Notes: generated by a model from the letters alone, not told the origin. 64,000 nucleotides of DNA from Centroscyllium fabricii (GCA_051313645.2 JBNRSN020000031.1:4898001-4962000); one strand, 5' to 3'; shown: positions 26,857-41,735, numbered from the stretch's first letter. Numbers and translations are program-made.

Positions 26857-29800
26857 ATCACATGCTGAGTATTCATTGGCCCACAGGCATCTGTAAGGAC
26901 TACCTATTATATTCACGTAATCACATGCTGAGTTACCATTGGCCCACAGGCATCTGGAAGGACTACCTATTATATTCACGTATTCACATGCTGAGTTATC
27001 ATTGGCCACAGGCATCTGTAAGGATAACCTATTATAATCACGTATTCACATGCAGAGTTATCATCGGCCAACAGTCATCTTTAAGGACAACCTATTGTAT
27101 TCAAGTAAACACATGCTGAGTTATCATTGGCCCACAGGCATCTGTAAGGACTACCTATTATATTAACGTAATCACATGCTGAGTTATCATTGGCCCACAG
27201 TCATCTGTAAGGACTACCTATTATATTCACGTAATCACATGCTGAGTTATCATTGGCCCACAGGTATCTGTAAGGACTACCTATTATATTCACGTTATCA
27301 CATGCTGAGTTATCTTTGGCCCACAGGCTTCTAGAAGGACTACCTATTATATTCACGTAATCACATGCTGAATTATCATTGAACCAAAGGCATCTGTAAG
27401 GACTACCTATTATATTCACGTAATCACATGTTGAGTTATCATTGGCCCACAGGCATCTGTAAGGACTACCTATTATATTCACGTAATCACATGCTGAATT
27501 ATGATTCGCCCACAGGCATCTGTAAGGACTGCCTATTATATTCACGTAATCACATGCTGAGTTATCATTGGCCCACAGGCATCTGTAAGGACTACCTATT
27601 ATATTCACGTAATCACATGCTGAGTTATCATTGGCGAAATGCATCTGTAAAGACTACCTATTATATTCACGTAATCACATGCTGAGTTATCATTGGCCCA
27701 CAGGCATCTGTAAGGACTACGTTTTATATTCACGTAATCACATGCTGAATTATCATTGGCCCACAGGCATCTGTAAGGACAACCTATTATTTTCACGTAA
27801 TCACATGCTGAGTTATCATTGGCCCACAGGCATCTGTAAGGACTACCTATTATATTCACGTAATCACATGCTGAGATATCATTGGCCCACAGGCATCTGT
27901 AAGGACTACCTATTATATTCACGTAATCACATGCTGAGTTATCATTGGCCCACAGGCATCTGTAAGGACTACCTATTATATTCACGTAATCACATGTTGA
28001 ATTATCATTGGCGCACAGGCATCTGTAAGGACTACCTATTATATTCACGTAATCACATGCTGAGTTATCATTGGCCCACTGGCATCTGTAAGGACTAACT
28101 ATTATATTCACGTAATCACATGCTGAGATATCATTGGCCCACAGGCATCTGTAAGGACTACCTATTATATTCACGTAATCACATGCTAAGTTATCATTGG
28201 CCCACAGGCATCTGTAAGGACTACCTATTATATTCACGTAATCACATGCTGAATTATCATTGGCCCACAGGCATCTGTTAGGACTACCTATTATATTCCC
28301 GTAATCATATGCTGAGTTATCATTGGCCCACAGGCATCTGTAAGGATTACCTTTTATATTCACGTAATCACATGCTGAGTTATCATTGGCCCACAGGCAT
28401 CTGGAAGGACTACCTAATAAATTCACGTAATCACATGCTGAATTATCATTGGACCAAAGGCATCTGTAAGGAATACTATTGTATTCACGTAATCACATGC
28501 TGAGTTATCATTGGCCCACAGGCATCTGTAAGGACTACCTATTATATTTACGTAATCACATGCTGAGTTATCATTGGCCCACAGGCATCTGGAAGGAATA
28601 CCTTTTATATTCACGTAATCACATGCTGAGTTATCACTGGCCCACAGGCATCTGGAAGGACTACCTATTATATTCACGTAATCACATGCTGAATTATCAT
28701 TGGACCAAAGGCATCTGTAAGGACTACCTATTATATTCACGTAATCACATGTTGAGTTATCATTGGCCCACAGGCATCTGTAAGGACTACCTATTATATT
28801 CACGTAATCACATGCTGAGTTTTCATTGGCCCACAGGCATCTGGAAGGACTACCTATTATATTCATGTAATCACATGCTGAATTATCATTGGAACAAAGG
28901 CATCTGTAAGTACTACTATTGTATTCACGTAATCAAATGCTGAGTTATCATTGGCCCACAGGCATCTGCAAGAACTACCTATTATATTTACGTAATCACA
29001 TGCTGAGTTATCATTGGCCCACAGTCATCTGGAAGGACTACCTATTATATTCAGGTAATCACATGCTGAGTTATCATTAGCCCGCAGGCATCTTGAAGGA
29101 CTACGTATTATATTCACGTATTCACATGCTGAGTTATCATTGCCCCACAGGCATCTGTAAGGACTACCTATTCACGTAATCACAAGTTGAGTTATCATTG
29201 GCCCACAGGCATCTGTAAGGAATACCCATTATATTCGCGTAATCACATGCTGAGTTATCATTGGCCCACAGGCATCTGTAAGGACTACCTATTCACGTAA
29301 TCACATGTTGAGTTATCATTGGCCCACAGGCATCTGTAAGGACTACCTATTATATTCGCGTAATCACATGCTGAGTTATCATTGGCCCACAGGCATCTGG
29401 AAGGACTACCTATTATATTCATGTAATCACATGCTGAATTATCATATGAACAAAGGCATCTGTAAGTACTACTATTGTATTCACGTAATCAAATGCTGAG
29501 TTACCATTGGCCCACAGGCATCTGTAAGAACTACCTATTATATTTACGTAATCACATGCTGAGTTATCATTGGCCCACAGGCATCTGGAAGGATTACATA
29601 TTATATTCAGGTAATCACATGCTGAGTTATCATTGGCCCGCAGGCATCTGGAAGGACTACCTATTATATTCACGTAATCACATGCTGAATTATCATTGGA
29701 CCAAAGGCATCTGTAAGGACTACCTATTATTTTCACTTAATCACATGTTGAGTTATCATTGGCCCACAGGCATCTGTAAGGACTACCTATTATATTCACG

Positions 29801-32800
29801 TAATCACATGCTGAGTTACCATTGGCCCACAGGCATGTGGAAGGACTACCTATTATATTCACGTATTCACATGCTGAGTTATCATTGGCCCAGAGGCATC
29901 TGTAAGGATAACCTATTATAATCACGTAATCACATGCTGAGTTATCATTGGCCCACAGGCATCTGTAAGGACTACCTATTATATTCACGTAATCAAATGC
30001 TGAGTTATCATTGGCCTGCAGGCATCTGTAAGGTCTGTCTATTATATTCACGTAATCACATGCTGTGTTATCATTGGCCACAGGCATCTGTAAAGACTAT
30101 CTATTATATTCACGTTATCACATGCTGAGTTATCATTGGCCCACAGGCATCTGTAAGGACTACCTTTTATATTCACGTAATCACATGCTGAATTATCATT
30201 GGCCCACAGGCATCTGTAAGGACTACCTATTATATTCTCGTAATCAGATGCTGAGTTATCATTGGCCCACAGGCATCTGTAACGATTACCTTTTATATTC
30301 ACGTAATCACATGCTGAATTATCATTGGCCCACAGGCATCTGTAAGGACTACCTATTATATTCTCGTAATCACATGCTGAGTTATCATTGGCCCACAGGC
30401 ATCTGTAAGGACTACCTATTATATTCACGTATTCACATGCAGAGATATCATCGGCCAACAGTCATCTGTAAGGACAACCTATTGTATTCAAGTAATCACA
30501 TGCTGAGTTATCATTGGCCCACAGGCATCTGTAAGGACTACCTATTATATTCACGTAATCACATGCTGAGTTATCATTGGCACACAGGCATCTGTAAGGA
30601 CTACCTATTATATTCATGTAATCACATGCTGAGTTATCATTGGCCCACAGGTAGCTGTAAGGACTACCTATTATATTCACGTAATCACATGCTGAGTTAT
30701 CTTTGGCCCACAGGCTTCTGGAAGGACTACCTATTATATTCACGTAATCACATGCTGAATTATCATTGGACCAAAGGCATCTGTAAGGACTACCTATTAT
30801 ATTCACGTAATCACATGTTGAGTTATCATTGGCCCACAGGCATCTGTAAGGACTATCTATTATATTCACGTAATCACATGCTGAATTATGATTGGCCCAC
30901 AGGCATCTGGAAGGACTACCTATTATATTCACGTAATCACATGCTGAGTTATCATTGGCCACAGGCATCTGTAAGGACAACCTATTATATTCACGTAATC
31001 ACATGCTGAGTTATCATTGGCCCACAGGCATCTTTAAGGACTACCTATTATATTCACGTAATCACATGCTGAGTTATCTTTGGCCCACAGGCTTCTGGAA
31101 GGACTACCTATTATATTCACGTAATCACATGCTGAATTATCATTGGACCAAAGGCATCTGTAAGGACTACCTATTATATTCACGTAATCACATGTTGAGT
31201 TATCATTGGCCCACAGGCATCTGTAAGGACTACCTATTATATTCACGTAATCACATGCTGAATTATGATTGGCCCACAGGCATCTGGAAGGACTACCTAT
31301 TATATTCACGTAATCACATGCTGAGTTATCATTGGCCACAGGCATCTGTAAGGACAACCTATTATATTCACGTAATCACATGCTGAGTTATCATTGGCCC
31401 ACAGGCATCTTTAAGGACTACCTATTATATTCACGTAATCAAATGCTGAGTTATCATTGGCCTGCAGGCATCTGTAAGGACTGCCTATTATATTCACGTA
31501 ATCACATGCTGAGTTATCATTGGCCCACAGGCATCTGTAAGGACTACCTATTATATTCACGTAATCACATGCTGAGTTATCATTGGCGAAAGGCATCTGT
31601 AAAGACTACCTATTATATTAACGTAATCACATGCTGAGTTATCATTGGCCCACAGGCATCTGTAAGGACTACCTTTTATATTCACGTAATCACATGCTGA
31701 ATTATCATTGGCCAACAGGCATCTGTATGGACAACCTATTATATTCACGTAATCACATGCTGAGTTATCATTGGCCCACAGGCATCTGTAAGGACTACCT
31801 ATTATATTCACGTAATCACATGCTGAGATATCATTGGCCCACAGGCATCTGTAAGGACTACCTATCATATTCACGTAATCACATGCTGAGTTATCATTGG
31901 CCCACAGGCATCTGTAAGGACTACCTATTATATTCACGTAATCACATGCTGAATTATCATTGGACCAAAGGCATCTGGAAGGACTACTATTGTATTCACA
32001 TAATCACATGCTGAGTTATCATTGGCCCACAGGCATCTGTAAGGACTACCTATTATATTTACGTATTCACATGCTGAGTTATCATTGGCCCACAGGCATC
32101 TGGAAGGAATACCTATTATATTCACGTAATCACATGCTGAGTTATCATTGGCCCACAGGCATCTGGAAGGACTACCTATTATATTCACGTAATCGCATGC
32201 TGAATTATCATTGGACCAAAGGCATTTGTAAGGACTACCTATTATATTCACGTAATCACATGTTGAGTTATCATTGGCCCAAAGGCATCTGTAAGGACTA
32301 CCTATTATATTCAGGTAATCACATGCTGAATTATCATTGCCCACAGGCATCTATAAGGACTACCTATTATATTCACGTAATCACATGCTGAGTTATCATT
32401 GGCCCACTGGCATCTGTAAGGACTACTATTGTGTTTACTTAACCTCGTGCTGAGTTATCATTGGCCGCAGGCATCTGTATGGTCTACCTATTATATTCAC
32501 GTAATCACATGCTGAGTTATCATCGGCCCACAGGCATCTGTTAGGACTACCAATTATATTCACGTGATCACATGCTGAGTTATCATTGGCCCACAGGCTT
32601 CTGGAAGGACTACCTATTATATTCACGTAATCACATGCTGAATTACCATTGGACCAAAGGCATCTGTAAGGACTACTATTGTATTCACGTAATCATTTGC
32701 TGAGATATCATTGGCCCACAGGCATCTGTAAGGACTACCTATTATATTTACGTAATCACATGCTGAGTTATCATTGGCCCACAGGCATCTGGAAGGACTA

Positions 32801-35800
32801 CCTATTATATTCACGTAATCACATGTTGAATTATCATTGGACAAATGTCATCTGTAAGGACTAAATATTATATTCACGTAATCACATGCTGAGTTATCAT
32901 TGGCCCACAGGCATCTGTAAGGACTACCTATTATATTCACGTAATCACATGCTGAGTTATCATTGCGCACAGGCATCTGTAAGGACTACCTATTATATGC
33001 ACGTAATCACATGCTGAGTTATCATTGGCCGCAGGCATCTGTAAGGACTACCCATTATATTCACGTTATCACATGCTGAGTTATCATTGGCCCACAGGCA
33101 TCTTTAAGGACTACTATTGTATTCACGTAATCAAATGCTGAGTTATCATTGGCCCACAGGCATCTGTAATGACTACCTATTATATTTACGTAATCAAATG
33201 CTGAGTTATCATTGGTCCGCTTGCATCTGTAAGGACTACCTATTATATTCACGTAATCACATGCTGAGTTATCATTGGCCCACAGGCATCTGTAAGGACT
33301 ACCCATTATATTAACGTAAACTCATGCTGAGTTATCATTGGCCCACAGGCATCTGTAAGGACTACTATTGTATTCACGTAATCAAAGGCTGAGTTATTAT
33401 TGGCCTGCAGGCATCTGTAAGGACTACTATTGTATTCACGTAATCAAATGCTGAGTTATCATTGGCCCACAGGCATCTGAAAGGACTACTTTTGTATTTA
33501 CGTAATCACATGCTGAGTTATCATTGGCCCGCAGGCATCTGTAAGGACTACCTATTATATTCAAGTAATCACACGCTGAGCTATCATTTGCCCACAGGTA
33601 TCTGTAAGGACTACTATTATATTCACGTAATCACATGCTGAGTTATCATTGGCCCACTGGCATCTGTAAGAACTACTATTGTATTCACATAATCAAATGC
33701 TGAGTTATCATTGGCCCACAGGCATCTGTAAGGACTACTATTGTATTCACGTAATCACATGCTGAGTTATCATTGGCCCACAGGCATCTGTAAGGACTAC
33801 CTATTATATTCACGTAATCACATGCTGAGTTATCATTGGCCCACAGGCATCTGTAAGGATTACTATTATATTCACGTAATCATATGCTGAGTTATCATTG
33901 GCCCACAGACATCTGTAAGGACTACCTATTATATTCACGTAATCATATGCTGATTTATCATTGGCCAACAGGCATCTGTAAGGACTACCTGTTATATTCA
34001 TGTAATCACATGCTGAGTTATCATTGGCCCACAGGCATTTGTAAGGACTACCTATTATATTCACGTAATCACATGCTGAGTTATCATTGGCCCACAGGCA
34101 TCTGTAAGGACTACCTATTATATTCATGTAATCACATGCTGAGATATCATTGGCCCACAGGCATCTGTAAGGACTACTATTGTATTTACTTAAACTCGTG
34201 CTGAGTTATCATTGGCCGCAGGCATCTGTAAGGACTACCTATTTTATTCACGTAATCACATGCTGAGATATCATTGGCCCACAGGCATCTGTATGGTCTA
34301 CCTATTATATTCACGTAATCACATGCTGAGTTATCATCGGCCCACAGGCATCTGTTAGGACTACCAATTATATTCACGTGATCACATGCTGAGTTATCAT
34401 TGGCCCACAGGCTTCTGGAAGGACTACCTATTATATTCACGTAATCACATGCTGAATTATCATTCGACCAAAGGCATCTGTAAGGACTACTATTGTATTC
34501 ACGTAATCATTTGCTGAGTTATCATTGGCCCACAGGCATCTGTAAGGACTATCTATTATATTTACGTAATCACATGCTGAGTTATCATTGGCCCACAGGC
34601 ATCTGGAAGGACTACCTATTATATTCAAGTAATCACATGTTGAATTATCATTGGACAAAAGTCATCTGTAAGGACTAAATATTATATTCACGTAATCACA
34701 TGCTGAGTTATCATTGGCCCACAGGCATCTGTAAGGACTACCTATTATATTCACGTAATCACATGCTGAGTTATCATTGGCCGCAGGCATCTGTAAGGAC
34801 TACCCATTATATTCACGTTATCACATGCTGAGTTATCATTGGCCCACAGGCATCTTTAAGGACTACTATTGTATTCACGTAATCAAAAGCTGAGTTATCA
34901 TTGGCCCACAGGCATCTGTAATGTCTACCTATTATATTTACGTAATCACATGCTGTGTTATCATTGGCCCGCATGCATCTGTAAGGACTACCTATTATAT
35001 TCACGTAATCACATGCTGATTTATCATTGGCCCACAGGCATCTGTAAGGACTACCCATTATATTCACGTAAACACATGCTGAGTTATCATTGGCCCACAG
35101 GCATCTGTAAGGACTACTATTGTATTCACGTAATCAAATGCTGAGTTATTATTGGCCTGCAGGCATCTGTAAGGACTACTATTGTATTCACGTAATCAAA
35201 TGCTGAGTGATCATTGGCCCACAGGCATCTGTAAGGACTACTTTTGTATTCACGTAAACACATGCTGAATTATCATTGCCCCGCAGGCATCTGTAAGGAC
35301 TACCTATTATATTCACGTAATCACATGCTGAGTTAACATTGGCCCACAGGCATCTGTAAGGACTACTATTATATTCACGTAATCATATGCTGAGTTATCA
35401 TTGGCCCACAGCCATCTGTAAGGACTACCTATTATATTCACGTAATCATATGCTGATTTATCATTGGCCCACAGGCATCTGTAAGGACTACCCATTATAT
35501 TCACGTTATCACATGCTGAGTTATCATTGGCCCACAGGCATCTTTAAGGACTACTATTGTATTCACGTAATCAAATGCTGAGTTATCATTGGCCCACAGG
35601 CATCTGTAATGACTACCTATTATATTTACGTAATCACATGCTGTGTTATCATTGGCCCGCATGCATCTGTAAGGACTACCTATTATATTCACGTAATCAC
35701 ATGCTGATTTATCATTGGCCCACAGGCATCTGTAAGGACTACCCATTATATTCACGTAAACACATGCTGAGTTATCATTGGCCCACAGGCATCTGTAAGG

Positions 35801-38800
35801 ACTACTATTGTATTCACGTAATCAAATGCTGAGTTATTATTGGCCTGCAGGCATCTGTAAGGACTACTATTGTATTCACGTAATCAAATGCTGAGTTATC
35901 ATTGGCCCACAGGCATCTGTAAGGACTACTTTTGTATTCACGAAATCACATGCTGAGTTATCATTGGCCCGCAGGCATCTGTAAGGACTACCTATTATAT
36001 TCACGTAATCATATGCTGAGTTATCATTGGCCCACAGCCATCTGTAAGGACTACCTATTATATTCACGTAATCATATGCTGATTTATCATTGGCCCACAG
36101 GCATCTGTAAGGACTACCTATTATATTCACGTAATGACATGCTGAGTTATCATTGGCCCACAGGCATCTGTAAGGACTACATATTATATTCACGTAATCA
36201 CATGCTGAGTTATCATTGGCCCACAGGCATCTGTAATGACTACTATTGTATTTACTTAACCTCGTGCTGAGTTATCATTGGCCGCAGGCATCTGTAAGGA
36301 CTACCCGTTATATTCACGTTATCACATGCTGAGTTATCATTGGCCCACAGGCATCTTTAAGGACTACTATTGTATTCACGTAATCAAATGCTGAGTTATC
36401 ATTGGCCCACAGGCATCTGTAATAACTACCTATTATATTTACGTAATCACATGCTGTGTTATCATTGGCCCGCATGCATCTGTAAGGACTACCTATTATA
36501 TTCACGTAATCACATGCTGATTTATCATTGGCCCACAGGCATCTGTAAGGACTACCCATTATATTCACGTAAACACATGCTGAGTTATCATTGGCCCACA
36601 GGCATCTGTAAGGACTACTATTGTATTCACGTAATCAAATGCTGAGTTATTATTGGCCTGCAGGCATCTGTAAGGACTACTATTGTATTCACGTAATCAA
36701 ATGCTGAGTTATCATTGGCCCACAGGCATCTGTAAGGACTACTATTGTATTCACGAAATCACATGCTGAGTTATCATTGGCCCGCAGGCATCTGTAAGGA
36801 CTACCTATTATATTCACGTAGTCACACGCTGAGTTATCATTTGCCCACAGGTATCTGTAAGGACTACTATTATATTCACGTAATCACATGCTGAGTTATC
36901 ATTTGCCCACTGGCATCTGAAAGGACTACTATTGTATTCACGTAATCAAATGCTGAGTTATCATTGGCCCACAGGCATCTGTAAGGACTACTATTGTATT
37001 CACGTAATCACATGCTGAGTTATCATTGCCCCGCAGGCATCTGTAAGGACTACCTATTATATTCACGTAATCACATGCTGAGTTATCATTGGCCCACAGG
37101 CATCTGTAAGGACTACTATTATATTCACGTAATCATATGCTGAGTTATCATTGGCCCACAGCCATCTGTAAGGACTACCTATTACATTCACGTAATCATA
37201 TGCTGATTTATCATTGGCCCACAGGCATCTGTAAGGACTACCTATTATATTCACGTAATGACATGCTGAGTTATCATTGGCCCACAGGCATCTGTAAGGA
37301 CTACCTGTTATATTCATGTAATCACATGCTGAGTTATCATTGGCCCACAGGCATTTGTAAGGACTACCTATTATATTCACGTAATCACATGCTGAGTTAT
37401 CATTGGCCCACAGGCATCTGTAAGGACTACATATTATATTCACGTAATCACATGCTGAGTTATCATTGGCCCACAGGCATCTGTAAGGACTACTATTGTA
37501 TTTACTTAACCTCGTGCTGAGTTATCATTGGCCGCAGGCATCTGTAAGGACTATCTATTATATTCACGTAATCACATGCTGAGATATCATTGGCCCACAG
37601 ACATCTGTATGGTCTACCTATTATATTCACGTAATCACATGCTGAGTTATCATCGGCCTACAGGCATCTGGAAGGACTACCTATTATATTCACGTAATCA
37701 CATGCTGAATTATCATTGGACCAAAGGCATCTGTAAGGACTACTATTGTATTCACGTAATCATTTGCTGAGATATCATTGGCCCAGAGGCATCTGTAAGG
37801 ACTACCTATTATATTTACGTAATCACATGCTGAGTTATCATTGGCCCACAGGCATCTGGAAGGACTACCTATTATATTCACGTAATCACATGTTGAATTA
37901 TCATTGGACAAAAGTAATCTGTAAGGACTAAATATTATATTCACGTAATCACATGCTGAGTTATCATTGGCCCACAGGCATCTGTAAGGACTACCTATTA
38001 TATTCACGTAATCACATGCTGAGTTATCATTGCGCACAGGCATCTGTAAGGACTACCTATTATATTCACGTAATCACATGCTGAGTTATCATTGGCCGCA
38101 GGCATCTGTAAGGACTACCCATTATATTCACGTTATCACATACTGAGTTATCATTGGCCCACAGGCATCTTTAAGGACTACTATTGTATTCACGTAATCA
38201 AATGCTGAGTTATCATTGGCCCACAGGCATCTGTAATGACTACCTATTATATTTACGTAATCACATGCTGAGTTATCATTGGCCCACAGGCATCTGTAAG
38301 GACTACCCATTATATTCACGTAAACACATGCTGAGTTATCATTGGCCCACAGGCATCTGTAAGGACTACTATTGTATTCACGTAATCAAATGCTGAGTTA
38401 TTATTGGCCTGCAGGCATCTGTAAGGACTACTATTGTATTCACGTAATCAAATGCTGAGTTATCATTGGCCCACAGGCATCTGTAAGGACTACTTTTGTA
38501 TTCACGTAATCACATGCTGAGTTATCATTGGCCCGCAGGCATCTGTAAGGACTACCTATTATATTCACGTAATCACACGCTGAGTTATCATTTGCCCACA
38601 GGTATCTGTAAGGACTACTATTATATTCACGTAATCACATGCTGAGTTATCATTGGCCCACTGGCATCTGTAAGGACTACTATTGTATTCACGTAATCAA
38701 TTGCTGAGTTATCATTGGCCCACAGGCATCTGTAAGGACTACTATTGTATTCACGTAATCACATGCTGAGTTATCATTGCCCCGCAGGCATCTGTAAGGA

Positions 38801-41366
38801 CTACCTATTATATTCACGTATCACACGCTGAGTTATCATTTGCCCACAGGTATCTGTAAGGATTACTATTATATTGACGTAATCACATGCTGAGTTATCA
38901 TTGGCCCACTGGCATCTGAAAGGACTACTATTGTATTCACGTAATCAAATGCTGAGTTATCATTGGCCCACAGGCATCTGTAAGGACTACTATTGTATTC
39001 ACGTAATCACATGCTGAGTTATCATTGCCCCGCAGGCATCTGTAAGGACTACCTATTATATTCACCTAATCACATGCTGAGTTATCATTGGCCCACAGGC
39101 ATCTGTAAGGACTACTATTATATTCACGTAATCATATGCTGAGTTATCATTGGCCCACAGGCATCTGTAAGGACTACCTATTATATTCACGTAATCATAT
39201 GCTGATCTATCATTGGCCCACAGGCATCTGTAAGGACTACCTGTTATATTCATGTAATCACATGCTGAGTTATCATTGGCCCACAGGCATTTGTAAGGAC
39301 TACCTATTATATTCACGTAATCACATGCTGAGTTATCATTGGCCCACAGGCATCTGTAAGGACTACATATTATATTCACGTAATCACATGCTGAGTTTTC
39401 ATTGGCCCACAGGCATCTGTAAGGACTACTATTGTATTTACTTAACCTCGTGCTGAGTTATCATTGGCCGCAGGCATCTGTAAGGACTACCTATTTTATT
39501 CACGTAATCACATGCTGAGATATCATTGGCCCACAGGCATCTGTATGGTCTACCTATTATATTCACGTAATCACATGCTGAGTTATCATCGGCCCACAGG
39601 CATCTGTTAGGACTACCAATTATATTCACGTGATCACATGCTGAGTTATCATTGGCCCACAGGCTTCTGGAAGGACTACCTATTATATTCACGTAATCAC
39701 ATGCTGAATTATCATTGGTCCAAAGGCATCTGTAAGGACTACTATTGTATTCACGTAATCATTTGCTGAGATATCATTGGCCCACAGGCATCTGTAAGGA
39801 CTACCTATTATATTTACGTAATCACATGCTGAGTTATCATTGGCCCACAGGCATCTGGAAGGACTACCTATTATATTCACGTAATCACATGTTGAATTAT
39901 CATTGGACAAAAGTCATCTGTAAGGACTAAATATTATATTCACGTAATCACATGCTGAATTATCATTGGCCCACAGGCATCTGTAAGGACTACCTATTAT
40001 ATTCACGTAATCACATGCTGAGTTATCATTGCGCACAGGCATCTGTAAGGACTACCTATTATATTCACGTAATCACATGCTGAGTTATCATTGGCCGCAG
40101 GCATCTGTAAGGACTACCCATTATATTCACGTTATCACATGCTGAGTTATCATTGGCCCACAGGCATCTTTAAGGACTACTATTGTATTCACGTAATCAA
40201 ATGCTGAGTTATCATTGGCCCACAGGCATCTGTAATGACTACCTATTATATTTACGTAATCACATGCTGAGTTATCATTGGCCCGCATGCATCTGTAAGG
40301 ACTACCTATTATATTCACGTAATCACATGCTGAGTTATCATTGGCCCACAGGCATCTGTAAGGACTACCCATTATATTCACGTAAACACATGCTGAGTTA
40401 TCATTGGCCCACAGGCATCTGTAAGGACTACTATTGTATTCACGTAATCAAATGCTGAGTTATTATTGGCCTGCAGGCATCTGTAAGGACTACTATTGTA
40501 TTCACGTAATCAAATGCTGAATTATCATTGGCCCACAGGCATCTGTAAGGACTACTTTTGTATTCACGTAATCACATGCTGAGTTATCATTGGCCCGCAG
40601 GCATCTGTAAGGACTACCTATTATATTCACGTAATCACACGCTGAGTTATCATTTGCCCACAGGTATCTGTATGGACTACTATTATATTCACGTAATCAC
40701 ATGCTGAGTTATCATTGGCCCACTGGCATCTGTAAGGACTACTATTGTATTCACGTAATCAAATGCTGAGTTATCATTGGCCCACAGGCATCTGTAAGGA
40801 CTACTATTGTATTCACGTAATCACATGCTGAGTTATCATTGCCCCGCAGGCATCTGTAAGGACTACCTATTATATTCACGTAATCACATGCTGAGTTATC
40901 ATTGGCCCACAGGCATCTGTAAGGACTACCTATTATATTCACGTAATCACATGCTGAGTTATCATTGGCCTGCAGGCATCTGTAAGGACTGCCTATTATA
41001 TTCACGTAATCACATGCTGAGTTATCATTGGCCCACAGGCATCTGTAAGAACTACCTATTATATTCACGTAATCACATGCTGAGTTATCATTGGCCACAG
41101 GCATCTGTAAAGACTACCTATTATATTCACGTAATCACATGCTGAGTTATCATTGGCCCACAGGGATCTGTAAGGACTACCTTTTATATTCACGTAATCA
41201 CATGCTGAATTATCATTGGCCCAGAGGCATCTGTAAGGACAACCTATTATATTCACGTAATCACATGCTGAGTTATCATTGGCCCACAGGCATCTGTAAG
41301 GACTACCTATTATATTCACGTAATCACATGCGGAGATATCATTGGCCCACAGGCATCTGTAAGGAC
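26857..41366. repeat. 63/62-bp satellite, segment 4
   Basis: Same monomer. The 62-bp GACTACTATTGTATT variant becomes frequent after ~32.4 kb. Confidence 0.99.
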
Positions 41367-41454
41367 ATAGAAACATAGAAACATATAAAATAGGTGCAGG
41401 AGTAGACCATTCGGTCCTTCGAGCCTGCACCGACATTCAATGCGTTCATGGCTG
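41365..41454 (-). mobile_element. ~90-bp CR1-type 3' terminus from a different subfamily (LINE or dependent SINE tail)
   Basis: (ACATAGAA)n tail followed by GGTGCAGGAGTAGACCATTCGGTCCTTCGAGCCTGCACC...CATGGCTG, homologous to the 3' ends at 25751 and 41476. Confidence 0.88.
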
Positions 41455-41591
41455 AACATAAGAACACAAGAAATAGGAGCAGGAGTAGGCCAATCGGCCC
41501 CCCGAGCCCGCCCCTCCACCCAACAAGATCATGGCTGATCCTACCCTAACCTTCATACCACTATCACCCTTCCTCCCACCCAAAGAACCAT

Positions 41592-41709
41592 GTGATCTCC
41601 TGGGAGAGGCGAATAACCGGATAAAAACCCAGGTCCAATTTGGGAAAAAAATCCGGGAAATTCCTCTCCGACCCCAATCTAGGTGATCAAAACTTGTCCA
41701 GGAGATCAC
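41592..41709 (-). other. Predicted multi-stem RNA structure in the CR1 3'UTR
   Basis: Perfect 12-bp inverted repeat at 41592-41603/41698-41709. It encloses nested stems 41604-09/41663-68, 41617-22/41651-56 and 41628-31/41641-44, and a side hairpin at 41670-41688. Confidence 0.7.
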
Positions 41710-41735
41710 TCAGGTCTTATTATACTAACAATAGC

